The notes under the pieces were generated by a model that saw only the letters and a program-made list of their open reading frames with translations, was not told the DNA's origin and searched no databases. A DNA stretch of 32,000 bases, from contig JAWCFL010000019.1 of NCBI GenBank assembly GCA_038858525.1, forward strand, positions 1 to 32,000. The letters are read 5' to 3'. Source of the DNA: Candidatus Jordarchaeales archaeon. Its GTDB lineage: Archaea; Asgardarchaeota; Jordiarchaeia; Jordiarchaeales; Freyrarchaeaceae. Shown here in pieces: positions 1 through 8,851 of this stretch. Within the stretch, counting starts at the first letter, position 1, and every line of letters starts with the position of its first letter. The position numbers and the translations under genes are program-made.

Positions 1-611
1 GCTGTTGTGAAGCCGGGTAAGGTTAGGTTCATCAAGATAGATATAAGTGAGGCGAAACACGTTAGAGGCAGGTACTTGAGGAAGAGGAGGAGCATTCAGA
101 GCAAGACCTCGGGGGAGACAAAAGCTGAGCTGTTATCGAAGTATTCTGGGAGGGAGAGGCGGAGGGTGAACGACGTACTCCATAGGGCGGCGAAGATTGT
201 AGCTGGTGTGGTTGCCGAGGAAAACGTTAAGCCTGTAATGGAGGAGCTCACCCATATCAGGGAGAGGATACGGTATGGTAGGGTGATGAATAGAAGGCTC
301 CACAGCATCCCATTTAGGAGAATCCAGCTTTACATTTCTTATAAGTCGATGGAGCATGGCTTTAAGCCGGAAACTGTTGACGCTAAGAACACCTCTAGGA
401 CGTGCCCGATGTGTGGCGGGTTGAATAAGCCGAATGGGCATGTCTTCAAATGTAAGTGGTGCGGGTTCCAGGCGGATAGACACTTTGTCGCTGCATGGAA
501 TATAGCCATGAAGCTCTTGATGTGCCGTCCTTTACCGTTGGCGGCGAAGGCCACCGATGAATTTAAAGAGGTGGAACGGATAGTTATAAAAAGTTAACTA
601 TCCGACAACGG
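1..611 (+). mobile_element. IS200/IS605-family element, right portion (left end outside window)
   Basis: tnpB ORF followed by a structured 3' end (CGGATAGTTA 577-586 / TAACTATCCG 595-604). Host coding sequence resumes at about 610-612. The right boundary (about 609-613) is inferred. Confidence 0.7.
7..597 (+). CDS. tnpB: TnpB RNA-guided endonuclease family protein, C-terminal part (5' truncated by the window edge)
   Basis: RuvC-II region (PVMEELTHI), NTSRTCPMCG...FKCKWCG zinc ribbon, and a DRHFVAAWNI RuvC-III-like motif. Confidence 0.9.
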   Translation: MKPGKVRFIKIDISEAKHVRGRYLRKRRSIQSKTSGETKAELLSKYSGRERRRVNDVLHRAAKIVAGVVAEENVKPVMEELTHIRERIRYGRVMNRRLHSIPFRRIQLYISYKSMEHGFKPETVDAKNTSRTCPMCGGLNKPNGHVFKCKWCGFQADRHFVAAWNIAMKLLMCRPLPLAAKATDEFKEVERIVIKS

Positions 612-613
612 CA
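520..613 (+). ncRNA. Putative omegaRNA/reRNA scaffold overlapping the tnpB 3' end
   Basis: Perfect 10-bp stem 577-586/595-604, CCACC 551-555/GGTGG 570-574, CCGTTG 535-540/CAACGG 606-611. The location matches known TnpB omegaRNAs. Expression is not shown. Confidence 0.5.
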
Positions 614-1044
614 GGAGAAGCTCTGGAAAGAAGTTAGGGCTCTTAGAGAAGATTTTGGTGTTATAAATAGAAAGCTTGATGCTTTGGGTGCAAGGTGGGG
701 GATCATGGCTGAGGAGAGCTTCAAAGAGGGGCTGAGGGGAATACTGGAAAAGGAATTTGGCTTTAAGGTGGAAAAATGGATACGTACTGGTTATGACGGA
801 GATGTTTTCGGTTATAAAGAGCAGGTTGAAGTGGGTATTGCTATATCAGATGGGAAAGTTATTCTGGTCGAGATCACTTCGCATGCTAAGGGCATCTGAC
901 GTTTCAATTGTAAAACGGAAGGCTGAGTTCTACAGCAAGACTGAAGGGAAACGTGTCGATAGAGTTATAACTATTTCACCATATGCCGACGATAAGGCGA
1001 AAACAGCCTGCCTAGCGCATGGAGTAGAATTATACATGATTTAG
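612..1044 (+). pseudogene. DUF3782-like coiled-coil + PD-(D/E)XK nuclease-domain gene remnant, 5' truncated and frameshifted
   Basis: From 612 the frame reads QEKLWKEVRALREDFGVINRKLDALGARWGIMAEESFKEGL...EITSHAK with no start codon. An extra G in AAGGG (about 889-892) shifts it into ASDVSIVKRKAEFY...VITISPYADDKA...GVELYMI. Confidence 0.75.
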
Positions 1045-1175
1045 TTGGGCCCCGGGAAGTATAATATAACGGATAGGGCTTCGAAACTTGAGATGAACAA
1101 TTAAACATCTCGTTATTCTTAAGGCTTTCGAGCGGGTTTAGTTTAAAGAATAAAAATGGTGAATTAGTTAGTTTG

Positions 1176-2504
1176 TTATTCTTCGGCGATTTCTGCTGCA
1201 AATTGTGATGGTGTGGTTTTGACTGTTATGGCGAATCTTTGTGCTAGCATGTCGTACCATCGTGCTAGATCTCCAAAGTCGTCGGCTTTGAAGGATTCTC
1301 CTCTTCCTATTTCCGCCAGTTTTCGCATGAGCTCAACGTCAGCTTCCCCGATTCCTATAGTGTAGAGAACCCACTCCGTTCTTTGAGAGAAGTATTCGCG
1401 TGCTACAGGTATCGGATTAACGGGTATTCCTGCCTCATCGTCACCTGTATTCGGATAGCCGTCAGAGAGCAGGACGAACATCACAGGGTGGGGTTTGCCA
1501 GTCTTAGGGCTGGGTGGGAACCTCTCAGCTAGCTCCGCGGCTTTTTTGAGGGCGCCGCTCATAAAAGTCAGCCCACTTCCCTCCTGGCACTTTTCAAGTA
1601 TGTATTCGCCTATCGCCTCGAGCCCGAGAGCCTTGCTTTCACCAGTACACTTTATGACCGTAGTCTGGTTTCCCTGCTGGTCGGTTATAGTTAGCGGCTC
1701 AACTTGCTCCGCGAACGTTATCACTTGGACGTTCTCACCCCACCCTCTTCCTATTTTCAGGGAGAGATACAAGAGAGTTGCGAGAGCTGCAGCCTTGATC
1801 CTGCTAACCACTCCTCCCTCCTCTATTCCCACGAGGAAGTCCTTGAGGCGCGGCGTTTCACGCATCCCCTTCTTGAGCCCCTCTATTGCTCCGTCAACGT
1901 TCTTGAGCTTCATGTCCTTCTTCTGCATGGAGCCTGAAACATCTATCATTAGAACGGCGTTAAACGTCATGTCAAGGGCTGGAACTATTTCGAACGTCAC
2001 CTCGTGCCCGGTTGGATCGATGATTCCGACATCCTCACCTGACAGCTCAGGCTTAGTGGACTGAACCCTAAGCTTGATGTAGCCGCACTCGGCGTCCCTC
2101 CAGCTCACCTCGAGATTCCTGTATATCGGTCTTTTCTTAAGTATCCTAGCTAGGTCACCGACGTGATCTGCAACCCAGACGACAGTCTCCTCAGTGGCTT
2201 GCCCCTCCATGGGTTCGACGCCAAGCTGAACGTACTTTATCCCTCCCCTAGCCTTCTTCTTCTTGACAGTAACCGAGTCGCCTTCCGAGACGTTTGCGGA
2301 GTCGAGGACGTCACCGTCAATCATTATGTATCCCTCAGGGCAGTCACCCTTCGAGACGACCTGAACAGCACCCCAGTCCTCATACTCATTTATGAAAACG
2401 ACAACATCGAAGTCGTCGACGCCCAGCTGCTTCATGTCGTTCGGGTTCATGAAGGCTCGCCCATCAGCAGCACCTGCATTAACAACTTCAAGCTTCAAAG
2501 ACAA
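1176..2504 (-). CDS. Cdc48/VAT N-domain-like + von Willebrand A domain protein
   Basis: N-terminus AFMNPNDMKQLGVDDFDVV...YIMIDGDVLDSANVSEGDSVTVKK resembles the double-psi barrel, followed by an Nc-like segment. vWA with DVSGS, GLTFMSGAL, LLSDG, LYTIGIG. RBS GGTGGTGG before TTG. Confidence 0.75.
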   Translation of the reverse strand: MSLKLEVVNAGAADGRAFMNPNDMKQLGVDDFDVVVFINEYEDWGAVQVVSKGDCPEGYIMIDGDVLDSANVSEGDSVTVKKKKARGGIKYVQLGVEPMEGQATEETVVWVADHVGDLARILKKRPIYRNLEVSWRDAECGYIKLRVQSTKPELSGEDVGIIDPTGHEVTFEIVPALDMTFNAVLMIDVSGSMQKKDMKLKNVDGAIEGLKKGMRETPRLKDFLVGIEEGGVVSRIKAAALATLLYLSLKIGRGWGENVQVITFAEQVEPLTITDQQGNQTTVIKCTGESKALGLEAIGEYILEKCQEGSGLTFMSGALKKAAELAERFPPSPKTGKPHPVMFVLLSDGYPNTGDDEAGIPVNPIPVAREYFSQRTEWVLYTIGIGEADVELMRKLAEIGRGESFKADDFGDLARWYDMLAQRFAITVKTTPSQFAAEIAEE

Positions 2505-2599
2505 GATTCCACCACCAACACGCCTACCCTTAAAAGATAAAGGAGATCGCGAACCGTATAAAAGTTCTGGAAAAACAATTCAACCAATATTTTTCTCGT

Positions 2600-4009
2600 T
2601 CACATGTTTTGAAGCCACTTATTAGCGACCACCTCAGCATCGTTTATGTCGTCCACCTCCAAGCTAGTCCATGTTGCCATTCTGCGCACGAGCTCCGAGT
2701 ACAATCCAGACTTCCTCCTCACTCTCAAGGCTTCATCTGCGCATTGGGAGTCCAGCAGTGCTGCTAGCGTTATCATCCCTCCCTTTCTGAAAACGAGCGT
2801 TACTTCTCCTCCTCCCGTGTAGCGTATTGATGATATGAAACCTTTCTCATCCACCCTTCCACCCGCACTCACTATGGGGTCATACGTCAGCGTCTCAACT
2901 TTCCTCCTCGCCGCCCCCTCGCCTATTCTGTGAAACATCGCTTTAACGAATAAATCCCCTACTTCTCCTTTCAGCTTCACCGTCTCGCCCTGTTTAGATG
3001 TAGTTTTCACGTGAGGCTTAATAATTGAGAGGGCGTTGCCTGCAAGTATACGCTCGACATCCCTCAACTTTGCCTCAAGCTTCTCGTAGAACTCCCACGT
3101 GAAGAGGTAGGAGAGGAAATCTACCGCCTGTGGCATCGTGAAGTAATTGAAGTCAGTTCCGAAGAGTATTTTCCGTGACCAATCATCCTCAATGTTATCT
3201 CTAAGCTTCCTGAGGAAAACTTGTACGTCGTCGCCTCTCACTCCTGAAGTGTCCCCGTAGATGTTCGGGTCCCTAAGTATGTCGTAAAGTCCGCTTCTCG
3301 TGTACTCCATGCTTGAGTGTCCGAGCACAACCGCGAAGTCTTTCCTTTTCACCTCACCTCGCAATGATTGAACAAGCTCGTAAATATCCTCAGCTGTGGC
3401 GTAGTAGCGGCAGTCAAAGAGCACCGGTAGACCGTTATTAACCGCCGTCGCGACCACCTCCCTCACCTCCTTGGAATTTATCTCGTCAAGAAAGTTCTGG
3501 GAAATTGGGTGAAGCTTCAACCCTCTCGCTCCCGCCGACGTGCATCTTTCAACTTCCATCACGGCCGCATCGCCATCGTGCGGGTCAACTCTCACGAAAC
3601 CCAGCATGCGGGGAGAAAAGGGAAGCGTAAGGGAGCGCCTCAGAACCATGTCGTTTGGAATCATGAAGCTGGGAGTAGTGGAGTAAGCTCTATAGTCGTT
3701 AAAGGGGAAGGCGACGAACTGATCCACAGTCCAACCCCACGCCTCGCCGAAAGCCTCATAGAACCAACCTAGTGCCGGAGGCGGCTCAGCGTGGCCCACT
3801 ATCCTATATCGGTAACTTGATGGATTTGCGTCCATGCATGCCTTCAACTCAAACTGAAGCTTGTGGTAAAAATCCACTGTCTGCCTGGGAGTATTAGAGC
3901 GGAACGTCTCTCCCACAGCATCCAGAACCTTTTCTTTTCCCACATGAGTATGAAAATCAACCACGAAGAAGCTTACCCTTCTTCCTTTTTCGTCTTTTAG
4001 AATAAGCAA
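2600..4009 (-). CDS. Amidohydrolase family (TIM-barrel metallohydrolase) with about 130 aa extra C-terminal region
   Basis: DFHTH, GFVRVDP, GLKLHP, VLGHS, IYGDTS, KILFGTDF motifs. Confidence 0.85.
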   Translation of the reverse strand: MLILKDEKGRRVSFFVVDFHTHVGKEKVLDAVGETFRSNTPRQTVDFYHKLQFELKACMDANPSSYRYRIVGHAEPPPALGWFYEAFGEAWGWTVDQFVAFPFNDYRAYSTTPSFMIPNDMVLRRSLTLPFSPRMLGFVRVDPHDGDAAVMEVERCTSAGARGLKLHPISQNFLDEINSKEVREVVATAVNNGLPVLFDCRYYATAEDIYELVQSLRGEVKRKDFAVVLGHSSMEYTRSGLYDILRDPNIYGDTSGVRGDDVQVFLRKLRDNIEDDWSRKILFGTDFNYFTMPQAVDFLSYLFTWEFYEKLEAKLRDVERILAGNALSIIKPHVKTTSKQGETVKLKGEVGDLFVKAMFHRIGEGAARRKVETLTYDPIVSAGGRVDEKGFISSIRYTGGGEVTLVFRKGGMITLAALLDSQCADEALRVRRKSGLYSELVRRMATWTSLEVDDINDAEVVANKWLQNM

Positions 4010-4134
4010 GGTTTAACCCCGCCCAACCACCAAACTTTAACTGCACTGTTAAATTTAACGTTTCTCCTTTTATGAATCAGAAAACGTTTTTATCATACTC
4101 TCTTAACTAATTAGTCTGTCTTTCTACCGTTAAG

Positions 4135-4425
4135 ATGGAGTGTGCATCTCCGATGGTTAAAAAAACCGTCACATATGACCGCTTCTACAGAATTGAGCTG
4201 ACACCTGAAAAGGAGGGATGGCAGGTCACAATAATTCTGGAAGTTTCAAGGGGAGGGAAGAGCGAGGAAGCCACCATAGCAGAAGAAGCTGTTCGAAGCG
4301 CTAGGATCGACGGTTGCACCGTGGACATCTCTCCTGGAAAAATAGTCGTCACACCCACTAGAGAAGTAACACTAAAAATATTTCACGACATTGAAAGCAA
4401 CACCAGAACAATGGAGATCTCTTAA
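4135..4425 (+). CDS. Hypothetical protein (90-96 aa, beta-rich; alternative ATG at 4153)
   Basis: Clean ORF after an AT-rich divergent promoter region. No family recognised. Confidence 0.55.
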   Translation: MECASPMVKKTVTYDRFYRIELTPEKEGWQVTIILEVSRGGKSEEATIAEEAVRSARIDGCTVDISPGKIVVTPTREVTLKIFHDIESNTRTMEIS

Positions 4426-4559
4426 CAGGGGATCAAAAAAGGTAATGGTTCATGTGGTAAAAGCACTCCAATCCTCTCCGGGAAAGACTGCTGATACTGC
4501 TAATTCCTCGCTAAAAGGTGACTCTATGAATAAATGCTTATTAGGGTTGACTTTAATCG

Positions 4560-4570
4560 TTAAACTTTAT
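4560..4570 (+). promoter_or_regulatory. BRE/TATA-like element upstream of the SDR gene
   Basis: TTAAACTTTAT. The identical 11-mer occurs at 5451-5461 upstream of the acyl-CoA dehydrogenase operon. Confidence 0.45.
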
Positions 4571-4618
4571 ATGTAAACTAAGAAAAAGAATTACTTAATC
4601 CATGAGGGAGGGTAAGCC

Positions 4619-5419
4619 TTGAATGGAGGTTTTAAGAGTCTTTCGGAGCTAGTCTCGTTGCGCGGCAAGAGAAGCCTTGTTACTGGTTCAGCGTCAGGGA
4701 TAGGGAAGGCTATAGCGTTAAGGTTCGCCGAGGCAGGGTCAGCCCTGGAGCTTGTTGATATAGACCTAGAAAACTTGAAGAAGGTTAAGGAAGAAGCTTC
4801 GAAATTCAACGTCGAAGTCAACCTTCACAAGGTCGACCTCTCTAAGAAAAAAGAAATTGATGCTCTTTGGAGTGCGCTTGAAGGCAGGGAACCAGACATC
4901 CTCGTGAACAACGCCGGAATATTTCCTTTCAAAGATTTCTTGGAAGTTGATGAAGCATTTCTGGAAAAAATTTTCTCAGTTAACCTTAAGGCTGTTTTCT
5001 GGATGTGCCAGCACATGATAAAGAGGAGATTAAGCAAGGGAGGAGTCATCATAAACGTGGGCAGCATAGAAGCAGTGCTTCCATTCGAGAACGAAATGGC
5101 ACACTACAACGTAACCAAGGCGGGAGTAATAGCCCTCTCGAGATCTCTAGCTAAGGATTATGGCGTTAAGGGATTCAGGGTTAACGTCATTCTACCCGGA
5201 GGAATAATGACGCCGGGAACCGAGAAAACCGCTAAAGACCTTATCGAAAAAGGAAAAGACCCACTAGAGAAAGCGCAAAAGTTTATGGCAAGACTACCCT
5301 TAGGTAAATTCGGTGACCCGGACGAAGTAGCCCGCATAGCCTTAGTTCTCGCCAGCGATTTAGCAAGTTACGTTGAAGGCGCACTCATACCTGTCGACGG
5401 AGGATTCCTTTCAGCATAG
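4619..5419 (+). CDS. Short-chain dehydrogenase/reductase (FabG-like)
   Basis: TGSASGIG, NNAG, YNVTK catalytic motif, VDGG C-terminus. Confidence 0.95.
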   Translation: MNGGFKSLSELVSLRGKRSLVTGSASGIGKAIALRFAEAGSALELVDIDLENLKKVKEEASKFNVEVNLHKVDLSKKKEIDALWSALEGREPDILVNNAGIFPFKDFLEVDEAFLEKIFSVNLKAVFWMCQHMIKRRLSKGGVIINVGSIEAVLPFENEMAHYNVTKAGVIALSRSLAKDYGVKGFRVNVILPGGIMTPGTEKTAKDLIEKGKDPLEKAQKFMARLPLGKFGDPDEVARIALVLASDLASYVEGALIPVDGGFLSA

Positions 5420-5581
5420 TCCGAAAAAGTTAATTCAAAGCCTCTTTTCTTTAAACTTTATTCAAAATTTCTTTTTTCCTGAATTTTGTACTTTCAGCCT
5501 TTCCATAGACGGTAGCAAAAACTTAATTAGAATATTACTTCTTATTAATTGCTTTTGTAGCTTGCTTCAGGAGGATGGGGA

Positions 5582-6877
5582 ATGTATCCTGACCTTGATG
5601 AGTTGAGCGAAGAAGACGAGCTTCTTAAGAGTGAAGTTCACAGGTTTGCTGAGGAAGTTATGCGTCCAGCTTCAGTGAAACTTGACAGGATGCCTCCCGA
5701 TGATAGAGTGAAGCCTTCTTCACCATACTTTAAGGTTCTTAAGGAGATGAAGAAGCTCGGATACCACAAGCTCCACGTATCTCCTGAGCTTGGCGGCCCA
5801 AATCTCTCCCCTCTGCAGAGATACATAATAATGGAAGAGCTTGGGTGGGGGAGCCTCGGCCTTGCAACAGCTATAGGAGTGGATTCCATACCTTTCTCAT
5901 CAGCCGCTCTCACAGGGTCAGAGAAACTCATGGAGCTAGTTTTGGCGTGGATGAACGACACGGAGTGTAGGTATCACGGGTGCTGGGGGGTCACGGAGCC
6001 TGAGCATGGAAGCGACTATCTCATGATAATTAGGGACGAGGATTACTTGAAGTTTGGCAGGGGTAACGTTACAGCTAGGAGGGAGGGCGGAGAATGGGTT
6101 ATAAATGGGCAGAAGTCGGCTTGGGTATCAGCTGCCCCTGTGGCAACGCACTGCGGGCTGCACGCCCAACTTGCTGATGGGCGTAGCATAGCGGATGGAA
6201 TATTCTGCATCGTCCCATTAAGCGCTGAGGGCGTCGAAAAGGGTAAGCCAGTAGACATGCTGGGTATGAGGGACTGCCCTCAAGGTGAGCTCTTCTTTAA
6301 CGAGGTGAGGATCCCGGAGGACTACGTGGCTGTTCCGCCGGGGCCGTTCTATGGCATATTCGCCGACCAGCTTCTCTGCCTTACGAGTTGCGCTGTTGGT
6401 GCCTTCTCAGTTGGTCTTGCTAGGGCTGCATTCGAGGAAGCTTTGAGGTATGCGAGGCAGAGGGTGCAGGGGGGTGTCCCCCTCGTTAAGCACAAGAACA
6501 TCAAGCTTGCTCTTTACAGGATGTTCGAGAAGGTTGAATCAGCGCGCTACTACGTAAGGAAAGCTATGATGTACACGCACCGCAGAATTTTCGAGAAGAG
6601 GTCATTTGACGCGTCGCCGAGACATGCGAGGATGGCGCAGGTTTACGCTAAAAGAATCGCCTATGAAGTTGCCGATGAAGCGTTGCAGGTTTTCGGGGCC
6701 TACGGGCTAAGTAAGGAGATGATGATTGAGAAGCTCTTCAGGGATGCAAGGTCTCTCCAGATAGAGGACGGAACGATTGAAGTTCTAAGTCTCGAAGCGG
6801 CAGAGGACGTGATAAACAACTATGAGAAGACATACTATGACGCAGACCTCATAGCCAAAAGATACCAGGAAGCGTAA
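5582..6877 (+). CDS. Acyl-CoA dehydrogenase family protein (atypical active-site motif)
   Basis: VTEPEHGSD, WVINGQKSAWVS, LQVFGAYG, KLFRDAR, IEDGT. Confidence 0.92.
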   Translation: MYPDLDELSEEDELLKSEVHRFAEEVMRPASVKLDRMPPDDRVKPSSPYFKVLKEMKKLGYHKLHVSPELGGPNLSPLQRYIIMEELGWGSLGLATAIGVDSIPFSSAALTGSEKLMELVLAWMNDTECRYHGCWGVTEPEHGSDYLMIIRDEDYLKFGRGNVTARREGGEWVINGQKSAWVSAAPVATHCGLHAQLADGRSIADGIFCIVPLSAEGVEKGKPVDMLGMRDCPQGELFFNEVRIPEDYVAVPPGPFYGIFADQLLCLTSCAVGAFSVGLARAAFEEALRYARQRVQGGVPLVKHKNIKLALYRMFEKVESARYYVRKAMMYTHRRIFEKRSFDASPRHARMAQVYAKRIAYEVADEALQVFGAYGLSKEMMIEKLFRDARSLQIEDGTIEVLSLEAAEDVINNYEKTYYDADLIAKRYQEA

Positions 6878-6904
6878 CACCTTACTGTTCGTGGCGGTGT
6901 TCTC

Positions 6905-8095
6905 ATGCTAGCTGACCTTGTCTTAAGCGAGGAGCAAAAGTCTATCCGGGAAGCTGCCCGAGAATTTGCTGAGAGAGAATTTCCTAAATATGCTAATGAA
7001 TGCGACAGAGAAGAAAAGTTCCCCCTTGATCTACTAAAGAAAGCCGCCGAATTGGGATTCGTCGGTCTCCACATCCCGGAGGAATATGGCGGTCAGGGGA
7101 TGGGAATCCTTGCTTACTGCTTGGCTGTTGAGGAGTTCTGGCGCGTTGACGGCGGCCTCGGAATGATACTTTCAACGACTTTCGGCTCTGAAATGCTTCT
7201 CATGTTCGGAAGCGAGGAGCAAAAGAAAAAGTACCTGCCTCCCTTAGCAAGGGGGGAAAAGATTTGCTGTGCCTGCTTTACTGAACCGCAGGCGGGCAGC
7301 GACATTGCAGGCATCAGGACGAGAGCCGAAAAAGACGGGGACTACTATGTCCTTAATGGACTGAAAACATTCATAACGAATGGATCAATAGCGGACTACT
7401 ACGTCGTGCTAGCCAGAACAGACCCTAACCCTCCTAAAAGAAATCAGGGGATGAGCGTTTTCATTGTGGAGCGTGGAACACCGGGGCTTGAGGCGAGAAA
7501 GCTGACCGACAAGCTGGGGATAAGAGCAAGTGACACCGCTGAAGTTTCCTTTAAGGACGTAATGGTTCCACGGGGCAACATAGTTGGCGTGGAGGGTGAT
7601 GGTTTCCGTCAAGCCATGGAGTTCTTTAACCTTACCCGCATACACACAGCATTCCAGGCTGTTGGCATAGCGCAGGGAGCGTTCGAACTGGCTTTCGAGT
7701 ACTCCAAGAGCAGGGAGGCCTTCGAGAAGCGCCTCGTCGATTTCCAGGCAATCAGGGAGAAACTAGCCGTTATGAGGACAAAGATTGAAGCCGCGAGGTT
7801 GCTTGCGCTTCAGGCAGGCGTTGCAGCTGACAGGGGGAAGCCTGATCCCGGGTTGACTGCGATGGCGAAGTACTTTGCCGCGCGAGTTGCACAGAGCGTG
7901 GTGAGCGAAGCACTGCAGATCCATGGAGGCTACGGCTTCATGGGGGAACAGGCGGTCTCAAGGATGTATCGGGATGTGCGTGTGCTCGAGATCTATGAGG
8001 GAACAAGAGAAGTCGAGGTTGAGTTGGTCGCCAGGGCGCTACTTGGAGGATTGCCATCCGTGCTCGGCGTGGTTAGGAAGCACCCGTTAAGGTAG
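6905..8095 (+). CDS. Acyl-CoA dehydrogenase
   Basis: FTEPQAGSD, LNGLKTFITNG, LQIHGGYG, YRDVR, canonical IYEGT. Confidence 0.96.
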   Translation: MLADLVLSEEQKSIREAAREFAEREFPKYANECDREEKFPLDLLKKAAELGFVGLHIPEEYGGQGMGILAYCLAVEEFWRVDGGLGMILSTTFGSEMLLMFGSEEQKKKYLPPLARGEKICCACFTEPQAGSDIAGIRTRAEKDGDYYVLNGLKTFITNGSIADYYVVLARTDPNPPKRNQGMSVFIVERGTPGLEARKLTDKLGIRASDTAEVSFKDVMVPRGNIVGVEGDGFRQAMEFFNLTRIHTAFQAVGIAQGAFELAFEYSKSREAFEKRLVDFQAIREKLAVMRTKIEAARLLALQAGVAADRGKPDPGLTAMAKYFAARVAQSVVSEALQIHGGYGFMGEQAVSRMYRDVRVLEIYEGTREVEVELVARALLGGLPSVLGVVRKHPLR

Positions 8096-8107
8096 GGAGG
8101 TGTCAAA

Positions 8108-8851
8108 GTGAGGGTTTTTGTTCTGGTGAAGCATGCTCCATCACCAGAGTCGACCCTCCGTGTTGGTGCTGATGGAAAGAGCGTTGATCCGGTTTGTCTC
8201 ACCTACGACATAAATGATTGGGATAAGTATGCCGTGGAGGAGGCTGTCCGGCTGAAGGAGAAGTATGGTGGGGAAGTTGTCGCTGTGAGTGTGGGCGTCA
8301 ATTGTGATGCTACGCTAAAGAAGTGCCTTGCTATGGGTGTTGATAGGGCAGTTAAGGTGCCAGTCGAGGCGGGATTTGACCCTTACCAGACGGCTGAAGC
8401 TATAGTTGACGTGCTGAGAGGTGAGCGCTTCGACATTGTGATCTCGGGCTTCATGAGTCAAGATACGAATAACGCATTGGTTGGAGTTCTTGCGGCGGCA
8501 ATGCTCGACCTCCCCTTCGCCACAGCTGTTGTTGAGCTCAGCGTCGAGGGTGATGAAGTTCGTGCTGTAAGAGAGATCGAAGGCGGCTACCGCGAGGAGG
8601 TATTCCTCCAGCTCCCCTGCTTGGTTACTGTTCAGAGTGGAATAAATGAGCCAAGGTATGTCTCAATAATGGGGATCAAGGCTGCCAGGTCGAAGGAATT
8701 AAGGGAGCATGTCGTGAAGCTGAGGGGCCCTTCAGTGTTCGTCGAGCGCATTTACGTTCCCCCTACTAGGAGAGCAGAGATCCTAAAGGGGTCTATGCCC
8801 GAGGTCGCTGAGAAGCTTGTCGAGCTCATAGGCAGTAAGGGGGTGATTTAA
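8108..8851 (+). CDS. etfB: Electron transfer flavoprotein beta subunit
   Basis: VLVKHAP, INDWDKYAVEEAVRLKE, LAMGVDRA, INEPRY. Stop overlaps the etfA start. Confidence 0.95.
   Translation: MRVFVLVKHAPSPESTLRVGADGKSVDPVCLTYDINDWDKYAVEEAVRLKEKYGGEVVAVSVGVNCDATLKKCLAMGVDRAVKVPVEAGFDPYQTAEAIVDVLRGERFDIVISGFMSQDTNNALVGVLAAAMLDLPFATAVVELSVEGDEVRAVREIEGGYREEVFLQLPCLVTVQSGINEPRYVSIMGIKAARSKELREHVVKLRGPSVFVERIYVPPTRRAEILKGSMPEVAEKLVELIGSKGVI

Noticed and set aside
684-1044. Two separate ORFs (684-899 and 757-1044)
   Set aside because: They are two frames of one frameshifted pseudogene.
4048-4090. Palindromes GTTAAATTTAAC and AAAACGTTTT in a divergent promoter
   Set aside because: AT-rich, not repeated elsewhere in the window, and no regulator can be assigned.
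6417-6429. 13-nt match (TTGCTAGGGCTGC) between the mini-array spacer (18989-19001) and the first acyl-CoA dehydrogenase gene
   Set aside because: It does not extend, lies mid-CDS, and was found post hoc; compatible with chance.
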